Shown in pieces: positions 50,532 through 58,370 of a stretch of DNA of 64,000 nucleotides. How positions within the stretch are numbered: the first letter of the stretch is position 1; every line of letters starts with the position of its first letter. The DNA is from Gaiellales bacterium (GTDB taxonomy: Bacteria; Actinomycetota; Thermoleophilia; Gaiellales; Gaiellaceae), in assembly GCA_038328165.1 (NCBI GenBank), contig JBBQLT010000010.1, positions 9,663 to 73,662 on the forward strand, given 5' to 3'. The position numbers and the translations under genes are program-made. A model generated the notes under the pieces. The model worked only from the letters and a program-made list of their open reading frames with translations, was not told where the DNA came from and did not search any database.

Positions 50532-51001
50532 CTGCGGTAATGATCGAGATCCGCAGTCTCGACCTCATCGACCTGACCTCGATCGAGGCGATCGAACAGC
50601 GCGCCTATCCAACGCCGTGGTCTCGCTCGATGTTCGCATCGGAGCTCGCGAAGCCGACCTCGATCTGCCTCGGTGCGTTCGAGGGCGAAGACCTTGTGGG
50701 CTACATCGTCAACTCACGCTACGTCGACGCGTGGCACGTCATGAACGTCGCCGTTGAGCCGGGTCATCAGGGACGCGGCATCGCGACTGCGCTTCTCGAG
50801 CGACTCTTTGAGCTGACGCGCGATGACGAGCGGCGCGGCTACACGCTCGAAGTCAGGGTGACGAACGACCAGGCGATCGGACTGTACGAGAAGCTCGGCT
50901 TCGAGTCGCGCGGCATCAGGCGCGGCTACTACACCGACAACCGTGAGGATGCGCTGATCATGTGGCGCGATCCGGGCCATTCGGCTGCTCCGAACGGCTA
51001 G
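50528..51001 (+). CDS. rimI: ribosomal-protein-alanine N-acetyltransferase
   Basis: GNAT motif A HQGRGIATALL and the canonical tsaB-rimI-tsaD context. GTGA overlap. Confidence 0.85.
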   Translation: MTAVMIEIRSLDLIDLTSIEAIEQRAYPTPWSRSMFASELAKPTSICLGAFEGEDLVGYIVNSRYVDAWHVMNVAVEPGHQGRGIATALLERLFELTRDDERRGYTLEVRVTNDQAIGLYEKLGFESRGIRRGYYTDNREDALIMWRDPGHSAAPNG

Positions 51002-51004
51002 AGA

Positions 51005-51988
51005 TTGTCGCGGCAAGCATCCCTGATCCTGGGCATCGAGACGAGTTGCGACGAGACCGCCGGAGCGCTCGTCACCCGCGACGGCGAGATCGTCTCGAGC
51101 GTCGTCGCCTCGCAGGACGAGCTCCATGCGAGGTACGGCGGGGTCGTTCCGGAGGTGGCGTCTCGCCGGCATCTCGAGCTCGTGATGCCCGTCATCCAGG
51201 AGGCGCTCGCGGACGCAGGTGCGACGCTGGACGATGTCGAGACGGTCGCGGTGACCACCTGGCCGGGGCTGATCGGTGCGCTTCTCGTCGGGGTCTCCGC
51301 CGCCAAGGCGCTCGCGTGGGCGCGGCGGCTGCCGCTCGTGCCGGTCAACCACCTGCACGGCCACGTCGCATCGCTCTACTTGCGTCCGCTCGAGCTCGAA
51401 CCGCCGTTCACGTGTCTCCTCGCGAGCGGTGGCCACACGATGGTGCTCGAGGTCACCGACCAAAACGGCTACCGCGTCCTCGGTACGACGCTCGACGACG
51501 CGGCGGGCGAGGCGTTCGACAAAGGTGCACGCCTCCTGGGGCTCGGGTATCCCGGCGGGAGGTTGATCGACGAGCTCGCACAGCACGGGGATCCAGCGGC
51601 CTATGACTTCCCGGTCGCTCGCGTCCCCGGGCTCGACTTCTCGTTCTCCGGCCTCAAGACCTCGCTCCTCTACACCGTCCGACGACTTTCGCCGGACGAG
51701 CTCGCAGCGGGCCGCGCCGACTTGGCCGCGAGCTACCAGCGAGCGATCGTTCGCGCGCTCGTGGGTGGAATCGAAGCAGCCCGAGCCGAGGCGGGCGGCG
51801 GACAGATCGCGGTCGTCGGTGGTGTCGCAGCCAATTCAGAGCTGCGCGCCGCGCTCCCCGAGGCCGTGCTCGCTCCGCTCGCGCTCTGCACCGACAACGC
51901 GGCGATGATCGCCTCGGCCGGCCGCTATACGCGGCCCGTCCCATACCCCGACTACCTTTCGCTTGATGCACGCGCCGCGGCGGGTTAA
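51005..51988 (+). CDS. tsaD: tRNA N6-adenosine threonylcarbamoyltransferase TsaD
   Basis: ILGIETSCDET, VNHLHGH, GGVAANSELR and LCTDNAAMIA. Confidence 0.95.
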   Translation: MSRQASLILGIETSCDETAGALVTRDGEIVSSVVASQDELHARYGGVVPEVASRRHLELVMPVIQEALADAGATLDDVETVAVTTWPGLIGALLVGVSAAKALAWARRLPLVPVNHLHGHVASLYLRPLELEPPFTCLLASGGHTMVLEVTDQNGYRVLGTTLDDAAGEAFDKGARLLGLGYPGGRLIDELAQHGDPAAYDFPVARVPGLDFSFSGLKTSLLYTVRRLSPDELAAGRADLAASYQRAIVRALVGGIEAARAEAGGGQIAVVGGVAANSELRAALPEAVLAPLALCTDNAAMIASAGRYTRPVPYPDYLSLDARAAAG

Positions 51989-54530
51989 GGCTCGCCTCAC
52001 GATCCTGCTCGGGATCGCCGTCCTCACCGTCTCGTTCGGCCTCACGGTCTCGGCGCGCGGACGCGAGCGCGCGGCGCAGGCCCCCGCGGTCAGCTGGCTC
52101 GGTCTCGTCGGTGAGCCGCGCGCCGCCGTGCCGATCGGGCAGCGGATGATCGTGCTCCTGAAGACCCCGTCGCTCGCCCAGCGCCTCGCGAGAGCGCGCT
52201 TCGCGACCGAGGCACAGGAGCGCGCCTGGACCTCGTCCGCGTATGCGGCGCAGCAACAGGTGCTGACGACGCTCGCGGCCGAAGGGATCACCGTTCGGCC
52301 CGACTTCACCTACGCGCGGGTCATCGACGGGTTCTCGGCGACCCTCGACGGGCGCGCCGTCGCGCTGCTCGACCTGGATCCCGAGGTCGTCGGTGTCTAT
52401 CCGGTGCGTGCCGCGTATCCCGCCTCGGTTTCGGAGACGCTCCTTGCCTCGAGTGAGTTCGGAGCGACGAGCGGCCGTAGGCCGTCCGCCGATTTGCCCG
52501 GCTATGACGGTCGCGGCGTGACGATCGCGCTGCTCGACACGGGCGTCGACGAAGCGCATCCCTTCCTCCGCGGGCGGGTGCTCCCCGGCGTCGACGTCGT
52601 CGACAACCGCCAGGACGCGACGGCGCGCGCGAACCCACAGAACCCGAGCCAGGTCGAGCGCCATGCCACGGAGCTCGCAGGCATCCTCGCGGGCGTCGAC
52701 GGGCCGGGCGGGCTGCACGGTGTCGCTTCGGGCGCCACGGTGCTTCCGATCCGCGTCGCGGGCTGGCAGCCGGCGGCCGACGGGCGCGAGCTCGTCTACG
52801 CCCGGTCGGATCAGCTCATCGCCGGTCTCGAGCGCGCTGTCGACCCGAACAACGACGGCGATGCGCATGACGCCGTTCGCGTCGCGCTCATCGGCGTGGT
52901 CGAGCCCTATGCCGCCTTTACCGATGGCCCGGAGAGCCAGGCCGTCCAGGGGGCACTCGATCTGAACACCGTGGTCGTCGCTCCCGCCGGAAACGACGGT
53001 GGGGCCGGCCCGTCGTTCGGTTCGGTCGCCGGGCCGGCCGGTGCAGCCGGAGCGCTCGCTGTCGCCGCGACCGACTCGCGCGCTCGGCTTCCCCACGTTC
53101 GTGTCGTACTGCGCCGCGGTCTTGACGTGATCTTCGACGGAAACCTGCCGCTTCTCGGCTCGGCAATGCCTGCGCACTCGCTGACGCTCGGCGTCGCGAC
53201 CCCGCGAGCCACCCGTGGGCTTGCAGGGGCGACGAGCGCCGACTTCTTCGACGCTCACGGTTTCAGCCTCGTCGCCGGTCGCGTCGTCGTCGTTCCTGTT
53301 GGCTCGAGACCCGAGGCGCGAGCGGTCGCCGCCGCGCGTGCCGGCGCGGCCGCTGTCGTCTTTTACGGCAGTTCGCTGCCACCCGGGGCGCTTCCGATCG
53401 ACGAGGATGAGGCCGTGCCCGTGGTCGTCGTGCCGACCGCGGCGGCGCTCGAGTTACTCGCTGCGCGCCGCGCGGGCATCGACGTCGGGATCGCGCTCGG
53501 CCACGGGCATTCGGACGCAAACGCAGGACGCGGGCTCGTGGCCGGCTTCTCCTCGCAGGGTCTCGCGTTCGACGGCAGCATCAAGCCGGACGTCGCCGCC
53601 CCGGGCATCGGGATCGCGACCGCCGAGCCCGGCTCCGCCTCCGACGGCTCGCCGATCTACGGCGCAGTGAACGGCACAAGCGGCGCTGCCGCGACGGTCG
53701 CCGGGGCTGCGGCGCTGCTCGCCCAGATGCGGCCCGCGCTCGACGGCCCGGCGCTTCAGAGCCTGCTTGTCGGCTATGCACAACCGGGCGGCGCGCCTGC
53801 GACCCAGGTGGGGGCCGGAACCTTCCGGCTCGGCGCGTCGGCAGTTGGTGAGGTTGCCGCGCAGCCTGCGACACTTGGCTTTGGAATCTGGGGCGGCCCG
53901 CACTGGCATGCAACGCGCACGATCGTCGTGCGAAACGTCTCGACGCGACGGCTGCAGATCTCGCTGAGCGCGCTCGCGCAGGGCGAGTCCGAGGCGCTGC
54001 ATTTCCGGGTTCGACCGGATCGATTGTCACTCCGTGTCGGGCGCGCCGCCACGGTGAAGGTGACGGTCACGGCCGCGTCGGCTCCGCACGCGCGGCTTCT
54101 CACCGGCGTCATCCAGGTCGCCCCGTCCGGCAGTGAGACGCTTCGAGTGCCGTGGGCGATCTCGTTCCGCCGGTATTCAGCGAACCTCTTGCCGCACGTG
54201 TCGTTGAGCGATTCCTCGTTCAAGCCGTCGGACACGAGCCCGGCGGTGTTGACGATGCAGGCCGGCAACCTCGTCCACGATCACGGGCTGCAGATCCTGC
54301 CGGTCTCGCGGCTCGACATCCTGCTCTACAGCGCGAGCGGCCGGTTCGCGGGGGTGCTCGGCCGCCTGCGGAACCTGCTCCCCGGCTCGTACAGCTTCGG
54401 GATCACCGGCCGCGGGCCGTCGAGTGCCCCGCTTGCTCCGGGACGGTACGAGCTGCGGTTCGTCGCGTGGCCGACGCTGCCACGCAACGCCGAGCCCTCG
54501 CGGGAGCAGGTCAGCTTCCAGATCGAGTAG
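51966..54530 (+). CDS. secreted S8 (subtilisin-like) serine peptidase with inserted PA-like domain and C-terminal beta domains
   Basis: Catalytic triad contexts IALLDTGVD, HATELAGILAG and NGTSGAAATVAGAAALL. There is an N-terminal signal/anchor, and the gene overlaps the tsaD end. Confidence 0.85.
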   Translation: MHAPRRVKARLTILLGIAVLTVSFGLTVSARGRERAAQAPAVSWLGLVGEPRAAVPIGQRMIVLLKTPSLAQRLARARFATEAQERAWTSSAYAAQQQVLTTLAAEGITVRPDFTYARVIDGFSATLDGRAVALLDLDPEVVGVYPVRAAYPASVSETLLASSEFGATSGRRPSADLPGYDGRGVTIALLDTGVDEAHPFLRGRVLPGVDVVDNRQDATARANPQNPSQVERHATELAGILAGVDGPGGLHGVASGATVLPIRVAGWQPAADGRELVYARSDQLIAGLERAVDPNNDGDAHDAVRVALIGVVEPYAAFTDGPESQAVQGALDLNTVVVAPAGNDGGAGPSFGSVAGPAGAAGALAVAATDSRARLPHVRVVLRRGLDVIFDGNLPLLGSAMPAHSLTLGVATPRATRGLAGATSADFFDAHGFSLVAGRVVVVPVGSRPEARAVAAARAGAAAVVFYGSSLPPGALPIDEDEAVPVVVVPTAAALELLAARRAGIDVGIALGHGHSDANAGRGLVAGFSSQGLAFDGSIKPDVAAPGIGIATAEPGSASDGSPIYGAVNGTSGAAATVAGAAALLAQMRPALDGPALQSLLVGYAQPGGAPATQVGAGTFRLGASAVGEVAAQPATLGFGIWGGPHWHATRTIVVRNVSTRRLQISLSALAQGESEALHFRVRPDRLSLRVGRAATVKVTVTAASAPHARLLTGVIQVAPSGSETLRVPWAISFRRYSANLLPHVSLSDSSFKPSDTSPAVLTMQAGNLVHDHGLQILPVSRLDILLYSASGRFAGVLGRLRNLLPGSYSFGITGRGPSSAPLAPGRYELRFVAWPTLPRNAEPSREQVSFQIE

Positions 54531-54541
54531 ATTCGCGGCCG

Positions 54542-55813
54542 ATGGCCACCGCGGCGCCCGAGTCCCACCTCCGCGAGAACCCGTTCTCCCTCGCGCAGCA
54601 ACAGCTCTACAAGGTCGCCGAGGCGTTCGGCATCGACGAGCGTCTCGTGAACGTCCTCAAGGAGTGCAAGAAGGCGGTCGAAGTCTCGATTCCGACGTCG
54701 ATGGACGACGGCTCCGTGCGCGCATTCCGAGGCTACCGCGTCACGCACAACATCGCACGCGGGCCGTCCAAGGGCGGCATTCGCTACCACCCGGATGTCA
54801 CCGCCGACGAGGTGAAGGCGCTCGCCATGTGGATGACGTGGAAGTGCTCGCTGATGGGCCTGCCGTTCGGCGGGGCGAAGGGTGGCGTCGTCTGCGATCC
54901 GAAGGCGATGTCGCGCGGCGAGCTCGAACGCATGACGCGCCGGTTCACCTCGGAGATCATCAACGAGATCGGCCCGGAGAAAGACATTCCTGCGCCTGAT
55001 GTCGGTACGAATGCGGCGGTCATGGCGTGGATGTTCGACACCTATTCGATGAACAAGGGGCATTCGGTGCTCGGCGTGGTCACCGGGAAGCCGCTCACGA
55101 TCGGCGGGTCGCTCGGCCGGGTCGAGGCGACGGCCCGCGGTGGCGTCTTCTGCCTCGAGTCGGCCGTACGCAAGCAGGGGCGAACGCTCGAGGGCCTGCG
55201 CGTCGCGGTGCAGGGATTCGGCAACGTCGGCTCCTTCTTCGCGAAGCTCGTCGGCGAGCTCGGCGCCACCGTCGTCGCCGTCTCGGACTCCTCGGGCGGC
55301 CGCTTCAACGCAAACGGCATCGATGTCGCCGCGGCGTTCGCGCATAAGCAGGGCGGCGGGCCGCTTTCCGAGCTGAAGGGCGGAGACGCGATCTCGAACG
55401 AGGAGCTCGTGCTTCTCGACTGCGACGTGCTTGCGCCGTGCGCGCTCGAGCAGGTGATCACGGAGGAGAACGCCGCGAGCGTGAAGGCGAAGCTGATCGT
55501 CGAGGGCGCGAACGGGCCGGTCACGCCGGCCGCTGACGAGATCCTCGAGTCGAACGGCGCGCTCGTTCTTCCCGACGTCTTGGCGAACGCCGGCGGCGTC
55601 GTCGTTTCCTACTTCGAGTGGGTTCAGGGCTTGCAGGAGTATTTCTGGAAGGAAGACGAGGTCAACGCCCGTCTCAACTCGATCGTGACGCGTGCGTTCG
55701 ACGAGACCTGGAGGATGTACGAGGAGCGCAAGAGCTCGATGCGGATGGCCGCCTACGGCCTCGCCGTCCAGCGCGTCGCCGAGGCGACGATCACGCGCGG
55801 CCTGTACCCCTGA
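54542..55813 (+). CDS. gdhA: NAD(P)-specific glutamate dehydrogenase
   Basis: KGGIRYHPDVTADEVKALAMWMTWKCSLMGLPFGGAKGG and the dinucleotide fold VQGFGNVG. Confidence 0.95.
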   Translation: MATAAPESHLRENPFSLAQQQLYKVAEAFGIDERLVNVLKECKKAVEVSIPTSMDDGSVRAFRGYRVTHNIARGPSKGGIRYHPDVTADEVKALAMWMTWKCSLMGLPFGGAKGGVVCDPKAMSRGELERMTRRFTSEIINEIGPEKDIPAPDVGTNAAVMAWMFDTYSMNKGHSVLGVVTGKPLTIGGSLGRVEATARGGVFCLESAVRKQGRTLEGLRVAVQGFGNVGSFFAKLVGELGATVVAVSDSSGGRFNANGIDVAAAFAHKQGGGPLSELKGGDAISNEELVLLDCDVLAPCALEQVITEENAASVKAKLIVEGANGPVTPAADEILESNGALVLPDVLANAGGVVVSYFEWVQGLQEYFWKEDEVNARLNSIVTRAFDETWRMYEERKSSMRMAAYGLAVQRVAEATITRGLYP

Positions 55814-56052
55814 AGAAGGTCGTCGTCTATCACGGTCAGGGCTGCTCGCTCTGCGACCGTGCACGCGAGCAGGTCGTCCGGCTCCAGCGCGAGCTCGGGT
55901 TCGTCTACGAGGAGATCGACATCACGGGTCACGCTGACCTCGAAGCGCGATACCGCGAGTGGTTGCCGGTCGTGGAGGTCGACGGCGCGCGTGCGTTCGT
56001 CTACTACGTGGACGAGGCTGCGCTGGCGCGAAAAGTGTCACAAACGACGTAG
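55810..56052 (+). CDS. glutaredoxin-like protein (DUF836/thioredoxin fold); start codon unresolved
   Basis: VVVYHGQGCSLCDRA...EIDI...LPVVEVDG. There is no in-frame ATG, GTG or TTG between GTG 55618 (deep inside gdhA) and the CxxC motif. CTG 55810 overlaps the gdhA stop as CTGA. Confidence 0.55.
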   Translation: MKKVVVYHGQGCSLCDRAREQVVRLQRELGFVYEEIDITGHADLEARYREWLPVVEVDGARAFVYYVDEAALARKVSQTT

Positions 56053-56061
56053 ATTGTGACA
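56036..56061. promoter_or_regulatory. 8-bp inverted repeat TGTCACAA-N10-TTGTGACA upstream of rex
   Basis: Both arms contain Rex half-site-like TTGTGA/TCACAA, but they point outward rather than in the canonical orientation. The repeat spans the stop of the glutaredoxin-like gene. Confidence 0.35.
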
Positions 56062-56100
56062 ACCGGACGGTTGTGTTGAAGCCTTCGGGCACAATAGCTC

Positions 56101-56751
56101 GTGATGTTGCAAGCACAGTCGAACGGAGGGGCTCCCGACCGCTTGACGGTTGGAGTTGCAGCCCGCCTTTCCCGTTACCTTCAGGTCCTCTCGCAGGCGA
56201 AGAAGATGGGGAAGGAGCGCATCTCGTCGCAGGAGATCGCCGACTACACGAACATCAACGCGACGCAGATCCGGCGCGACCTCTCCAACTTCGGCAAGTT
56301 CGGCAAGCGCGGCGTCGGCTATTCGATCGACTCGCTGCTCGGAGAGATCCGAAAGATCCTCCGCACCCAGGGGCAGCACAACATCGCCCTCGTCGGCGCC
56401 GGCCGTCTCGGCCAGGCGATCGCAAGCTCTGCGATCTTCGCCGAGCACGGCATCAACATCGCCGCGGTCTTCGACTCCGACGACGCGCGGATCGGTCATG
56501 ACATCGGCGGCGCGACAATCGAGGACGAGGGCAGGCTGAAAGACGTCGTTCGCGACAAGAACATCGTCGTCGGCGTGCTCGCCGTCCCCGCAGGTTCCGC
56601 GCAGAAGGTGGCGGACGACCTTGTCGACGCCGGCGTTCGCATCATCTTCAACTACTCCGAGGCGCTCCTCGACGTGCCGAGTGATGTGACGGTGCACACC
56701 TCGAATCCGGCCGTCGAGTTGCTGCACGCGCTCTACTTCCACCTGGCGTAG
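56101..56751 (+). CDS. rex: redox-sensing transcriptional repressor Rex
   Basis: RLSRYLQVL...ISSQEIADYTNINATQIRRDLSNFGKFGKRGVGY plus the Rossmann fold VGAGRLGQAI. The start is GTG 56101 or ATG 56104. Confidence 0.9.
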   Translation: MMLQAQSNGGAPDRLTVGVAARLSRYLQVLSQAKKMGKERISSQEIADYTNINATQIRRDLSNFGKFGKRGVGYSIDSLLGEIRKILRTQGQHNIALVGAGRLGQAIASSAIFAEHGINIAAVFDSDDARIGHDIGGATIEDEGRLKDVVRDKNIVVGVLAVPAGSAQKVADDLVDAGVRIIFNYSEALLDVPSDVTVHTSNPAVELLHALYFHLA

Positions 56752-56761
56752 TCCCGCCGCC

Positions 56762-58003
56762 GTGCGGATCCTTCTCTGGCACGGGTATCTCCTCGGCGGC
56801 ACCGGCTCCAACGTCTACACACGCGCACTCGCACGCGAGTGGACGCGCGCCGGTCACGAGGTCGTCGTCGTCTGCCAGGAACGCGCGCCCGGGCAGTACG
56901 ACCTCGCGGGTGCCGAGGTCGTCGTTCCCGAGCTACCGGATAGCTTGTTGCCCGTGTTCGTGCTGGATCGCTACGCGGGGCTCGAGGCGAAGCTCCTGCA
57001 GGATTTCACGCCCGCGGAGCGGACCGCCTACGTCGAGGCGAATGCGGCTGCGCTGCGCCGGTTGCTGCCTGCCGACCTCGTTTTCACGAACCACGTGCTG
57101 ATGGGGGCACCCGTCGGTGCCGCAAGCGGCGTGCCGTTTCGCGTCAAGGCACACGGCTCGGAGCTGGAGTATTCGATGCGGGGCCGTCCCGAGCTCTCGG
57201 CGTGGGGGCGGGAGACGCTTGGGCACGCTGACGCGACCTTCGTCGGCTCGCGGCACATCCGCGAGGTGCTCGACGAGGTGGTCGGGCATGTCGACCGGGT
57301 GCACGAGGTGCCGCCGGGCGTCGACATCGACGAGTTCGTGCTCGAGGACCGGAGCGACGCGCTTGCCGGACTCGTCGAGGAGGCTCGCCGCGATCCGCCG
57401 AACCCGCACGGGGTCGAGGAGCGTCTGCCCGACGACGGTAATGCCGAGCGGCTGGCGCACTTCTTCTCGAGCGGCGCGCCGACGGTTCTCTACTTCGGGA
57501 AGCTGATCGAGCAGAAAGGCGTGCAGGTGCTGCTCGAGGCGATGCGGCACATCGATGCGCGGCTGCTCGTTGTCGGCTTCGGGCCCGAGCGCGCGCGATT
57601 CGAGGCGGCCGCTCCGCCGCGCACGCTCTTCACCGGGCCGCTCGAGCACCGGCACCTCGTGCACCTGCTGCCGCTCGCCGAGGTCACGGTCGTCCCGTCG
57701 ATCTTCCCGGAGGCGTTCGGCATGGTTGCCGCGGAGGCCGCCGCCGCCGGCTCGCCGCCGCTCGTCGCGCGCCACTCGGGGCTTGCCGAGGTCGCGGCCG
57801 GCCTGGAAGCGGAGTACCCGGAGCGTCTGCGCCACCTGGCGTCGTTCGAGACCGGAAACGCCGCGGACCTCACACGCAAGCTGAACGAGATCCTCGGTCT
57901 CTCTCGGTCCGATCACGACGAGCTGCGAATCGCCGCGCGCCGCGCAGTCGTCGAGCGCTGGTCGTGGGCGAGTGTCGCCGAGCGGCTGCTCGCACCGGTG
58001 TAG
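56762..58003 (+). CDS. GT4-family (GT-B) glycosyltransferase
   Basis: The N-terminus GGTGSNVYTRALAREW and the C-terminal EAFGMVAAEAAAAGSPPLV (EX7E-type) motif. Confidence 0.85.
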   Translation: MRILLWHGYLLGGTGSNVYTRALAREWTRAGHEVVVVCQERAPGQYDLAGAEVVVPELPDSLLPVFVLDRYAGLEAKLLQDFTPAERTAYVEANAAALRRLLPADLVFTNHVLMGAPVGAASGVPFRVKAHGSELEYSMRGRPELSAWGRETLGHADATFVGSRHIREVLDEVVGHVDRVHEVPPGVDIDEFVLEDRSDALAGLVEEARRDPPNPHGVEERLPDDGNAERLAHFFSSGAPTVLYFGKLIEQKGVQVLLEAMRHIDARLLVVGFGPERARFEAAAPPRTLFTGPLEHRHLVHLLPLAEVTVVPSIFPEAFGMVAAEAAAAGSPPLVARHSGLAEVAAGLEAEYPERLRHLASFETGNAADLTRKLNEILGLSRSDHDELRIAARRAVVERWSWASVAERLLAPV

Positions 58004-58156
58004 CGCGTGGCACCGGGCGCGTGTGTGTCTTCGGGTCAGGCGCGCGCCCGGCATTCGGTCGGTTTTTCCGCTGTCATCACCCGCCGCTCGTCCGAGTGGC
58101 GCCGGCATCCCACCGGAGTGGCTTCTTGCGCAAGTGCCTGTCCGTCGCGATGCCTT

Positions 58157-58176
58157 CCGTAACGGTGCCTGGCACC
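58157..58176. repeat. palindrome-containing repeat CCGTAACGGTGCCTGGCACC, copy 1
   Basis: Exact 20-mer shared with 58255-58274. The core is GGTGCC-T-GGCACC. Confidence 0.85.
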
Positions 58177-58254
58177 TGCTTTCCTTCGACCTCGCCCTCG
58201 ATCATGCCGACACCGTCACGGTTCCGAAAGGGCTGTGCGCGGATCGTCACACCC

Positions 58255-58274
58255 CCGTAACGGTGCCTGGCACC
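58255..58274. repeat. palindrome-containing repeat CCGTAACGGTGCCTGGCACC, copy 2
   Basis: It lies 98 nt from copy 1 and is followed by a tandem GGCACCGATCGC x2. Confidence 0.85.
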
Positions 58275-58370
58275 GATCGCGGGCACCGATCGCCCACCGG
58301 CTCGTGAAATCGGCGGCGGTGGTGACGCGGCGGGTGAATTCGGCACCGACCTCTAGGTACGCTGCCGCCG

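Noticed and set aside
55618-55809. GTG 55618 as the start of the glutaredoxin-like gene.
   Set aside because: It would place 64 codons inside gdhA in another frame, with an Arg-rich, non-protein-like translation. The thioredoxin fold begins at about 55813.
56054-56100. A canonical Rex operator (TTGTGAA-N4-TTCACAA) upstream of rex.
   Set aside because: TTGTGA-type half-sites are present, but none is paired at the canonical spacing and orientation. Only the outward-facing inverted repeat is reported, with low confidence.
58165-58185. A sigma-54 promoter reading of the repeat (TGGCAC-N5-TTCC in copy 1).
   Set aside because: Only copy 1 has anything like a -12 element, and it reads TTCC rather than TTGC. 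Copies 2 and 3 have none. The conserved unit is a symmetric palindrome rather than a -24/-12 pair. Actinobacteria generally lack rpoN, and I cannot confirm its presence here.
58157-58274. A mini CRISPR array formed by the two identical 20-mers spaced 98 nt apart.
   Set aside because: There are only two local copies. The spacing is far larger than CRISPR spacers, the repeat is shorter than typical CRISPR repeats, no cas genes are in the window, and a third copy stands alone 5.7 kb away.
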